A stretch of 64,000 bases of DNA. Origin: Candidatus Nanoarchaeia archaeon (GTDB lineage Archaea > Nanobdellota > Nanobdellia > Pacearchaeales > GW2011-AR1). Where the stretch lies: the NCBI GenBank assembly GCA_049288015.1, contig JBAQGX010000004.1, positions 7,146 through 71,145 of the forward strand, written 5' to 3'. The notes beneath the pieces are model-generated. The model did not search any database, was not told where the DNA came from, and worked only from the letters and a program-made list of their open reading frames with translations. The translations under genes and the position numbers were made by a program. Position 1 is the stretch's first letter, and each line of letters starts with the position of its first letter. Below are positions 62,178-64,000 of the stretch, piece after piece.

Positions 62178-62825
62178 ATGACAACAATTGACTGGACGAT
62201 AGTTGAGAAAATCTTAATTGTATTTGCATTGACATTCGCATATGGCCTTGAAAGACAAAGGAGCCATAAGCCTATTGGTCTTGGGGCTTTTGTCCTTGTT
62301 GCAGTAGGTTCATGCGGGTTAACAATTATTGCAGAACAATTAGGACTTTCTACATCAATATTCTTGCTTAGCGGAGTAGTTAGTGGTATTGGTTTCCTTG
62401 GAGCAGGTGCCTTAATGGGGGGGAACCCCAGTGAGAAAACATATGGTTTTACCACTGCTGCAAGCATCTGGCTATTTTCTATTTTCGGTATAATAATTGG
62501 TTTAGGTGTATATGGGGTAGGTCTGATGATATATGTTCTTGTCTGGATTGTCGTATTTACTGACAGATATCTTGAAAGAAAATTAATTTCATCATACAGA
62601 AAGGAGATATCGATAACTACAAAAGGATTTGTAAATAAGGATGAAATTACAAATATACTAGCCAAGTATTGTTCAAGTTTTAAACTAATAAGAATAGAAG
62701 CAAATAGGAAGGAAAAAAGAGTTTTATTGAAGTATGTTGCAGTAGGTCTTAAAAAGGATATAGAGTCGTTACTTAAAGAATTTTATGAAAATAACTGGTG
62801 CCTCGCCATTGAATTAGGCAGTTAA
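62178..62825 (+). CDS. mgtC: MgtC/SapB family membrane protein
   Basis: FALTFAYGLERQRSHKPIGLGAFVLVAVGSC... matches the MgtC N-terminal signature. Soluble ACT-like C-terminal domain. Confidence 0.8.
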   Translation: MTTIDWTIVEKILIVFALTFAYGLERQRSHKPIGLGAFVLVAVGSCGLTIIAEQLGLSTSIFLLSGVVSGIGFLGAGALMGGNPSEKTYGFTTAASIWLFSIFGIIIGLGVYGVGLMIYVLVWIVVFTDRYLERKLISSYRKEISITTKGFVNKDEITNILAKYCSSFKLIRIEANRKEKRVLLKYVAVGLKKDIESLLKEFYENNWCLAIELGS

Positions 62826-62973
62826 ATCAATATTCCTTGGAAACTCCAGTATATTGAAAATTTACTTGGTTTTAGCCCAAAAAACAAAAGCTTTTTAAAT
62901 CAAATTTTTATATCTTTTATTGTCCGCAAGTTATAATAAAATAAACAAAACGTTTTTAAATATAAAAAAGTCA

Positions 62974-63180
62974 ATGCATATCCTTCAATCAAAACATATT
63001 AGGCTCAACGAAAAAGAAGTTCAAGAATTACTCTCTAAACTAAATGTTGCGAAGGCACAGTTACCAAAAATTCTTTCAACAGATCCGGTATTGTCAGAAG
63101 AATGCAGCGTCGGAGATGTGATAAAAATAGAAAGAAAAGACGGGGATAAAACTGAAATTTATTTTAGAGTTGTAGTTTAA
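62974..63180 (+). CDS. rpoH: DNA-directed RNA polymerase subunit H (Rpo5)
   Basis: MHILQSKHIRLNEKEVQELLSKLNVAKAQLPKILSTDPV...GDVIKIER...YFRVV. Immediately upstream of rpoB, as in other archaea. Confidence 0.85.
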   Translation: MHILQSKHIRLNEKEVQELLSKLNVAKAQLPKILSTDPVLSEECSVGDVIKIERKDGDKTEIYFRVVV

Positions 63181-63200
63181 TCAGACACTGTTAAATTAAA

Positions 63201-64000
63201 ATGGAAAAAAATAATCACCTAATCGTAAAGAGATATCTCCAAGATCATTCTCTAGTTGCATCTAATATAACCTCATTCAACGATTTCATTGAAGGAAGAA
63301 TCCAAGATATTACCGAAGAGATTTCCAAGTCAATTGAAAAAGGAGAGTTTGATATTTCTTTAGGAAGAATAAGAGTAGGCAAGCCAAATATTATCGAAGC
63401 TGATGGAAGTTCTTCTTTGATTATGCCTTATGAAGCAAGAATCAGAAATTTAACTTATTCCGCTCCAGTATTTGTCGAGCTAACAGTAAAGCATGAAGAT
63501 CAGGTTGATTCTGAAACTGTTGAAATCGGAAGAATTCCTGTAATGATAAAGAGCAGCATCTGCAATACAAACGGCCTATCAAAAGAAGACCTCATAAAAA
63601 ATTATGAAGATCCAAACGACCCAGGCGGATATTTTATCATAAATGGAAATGAAAGAGTTATGGTCATGGCCGAGGATTTGGCAGAGAATCAGCCTTTCAT
63701 CGAAAATGACAAGAACGGAAATTTAACATTAAGATTATTTTCTTTAAGAGGAACATATAGAATTCCAATATTAATCTCAGAAGGTAAAGATGGCTTGATC
63801 AACACTTCATTCAGCAGATTCAGAGATATTCCCTCTGTTATTTTATTAAAAGCACTTGGTCTTACAAAGGAATCTGACATAGCAAGATACATCGGAATTG
63901 AAACAGACAGCTTCATTGTTAATCTTTATGAGTTCGTTAACATTGCAACAAAAGAAGACGCAATGATGTACATTGCAGAGAAAACAAATCTTCAAGGAAC
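63201..64000 (+). CDS. rpoB: DNA-directed RNA polymerase subunit B (B'' / N-terminal part), 3'-truncated by the window edge
   Basis: Open frame from the ATG at 63201 to the window end. ...ARIRNLTYSAPVFVEL..., GRIPVMIKSSIC and DPGGYFIINGNERVMV are hallmark RpoB blocks. Confidence 0.9.
   Translation, partial: MEKNNHLIVKRYLQDHSLVASNITSFNDFIEGRIQDITEEISKSIEKGEFDISLGRIRVGKPNIIEADGSSSLIMPYEARIRNLTYSAPVFVELTVKHEDQVDSETVEIGRIPVMIKSSICNTNGLSKEDLIKNYEDPNDPGGYFIINGNERVMVMAEDLAENQPFIENDKNGNLTLRLFSLRGTYRIPILISEGKDGLINTSFSRFRDIPSVILLKALGLTKESDIARYIGIETDSFIVNLYEFVNIATKEDAMMYIAEKTNLQG

Noticed and set aside
62150-62665. 171-aa minus-strand ORF
   Set aside because: It is antisense to the MgtC-family gene, which has a clear family signature. 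The product has no motifs and shadow-ORF composition.
1-64000. Search for CRISPR arrays, rRNA genes, an intact integrase/transposase and prophage modules
   Set aside because: I found no regularly spaced 25-40-nt repeats, no rRNA-like conserved blocks, no integrase or recombinase motifs, and no capsid, terminase or portal-like genes while reading both strands. Only the decayed transposase fragment at 43659-43958 is mobile-element-related.

Overview
AT-rich, very gene-dense archaeal chromosome segment. Archaeal markers: thermosome, AglB oligosaccharyltransferase, RNA polymerase subunits Rpo7/Spt4/RpoH/RpoB, ribosomal proteins eL33, uL16, eS24 and eS31, class III (pilin-type) signal peptides, and a tRNA-Tyr with C1-G72 and a 66-nt intron at 37/38. 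Small genes, many secreted surface proteins and an apparently domain-truncated GluRS suggest a reduced-genome, possibly DPANN-like episymbiotic archaeon; that is inference only. I call about 75 CDS, 6 tRNAs (Tyr, Val, Gly, His, Trp, Lys), one IS4/IS5-type transposase remnant, several tandem or dispersed coding repeats, recurrent TTTATAAA boxes 21-30 nt upstream of start codons, and no rRNA or CRISPR array. Points worth a second look: (1) a pilin-led surface operon encoding a 1193-aa Cys-rich protein with a gingipain (C25)-like His/Cys dyad, downstream of aglB; (2) a paralogous family of signal-peptide, beta-strand-rich, porin-like proteins; (3) a plus-strand accessory block (orphan HsdS-like protein and small TM proteins, with patatin just upstream), apparently bracketed by two minus-strand gene fragments; (4) a tightly coupled four-gene operon of unknown function (nt 37418-41411); (5) an nrdR-nrdJ-cobO-dcd-trx cluster with two NrdR-box-like palindromes 31 bp apart; (6) a GluRS lacking its anticodon-binding domain; (7) tRNA-His directly upstream of hisS beside a transposase remnant; (8) a candidate structured RNA at about nt 50364-50545. 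All functional calls rest on motifs read by eye and need homology or structure searches.
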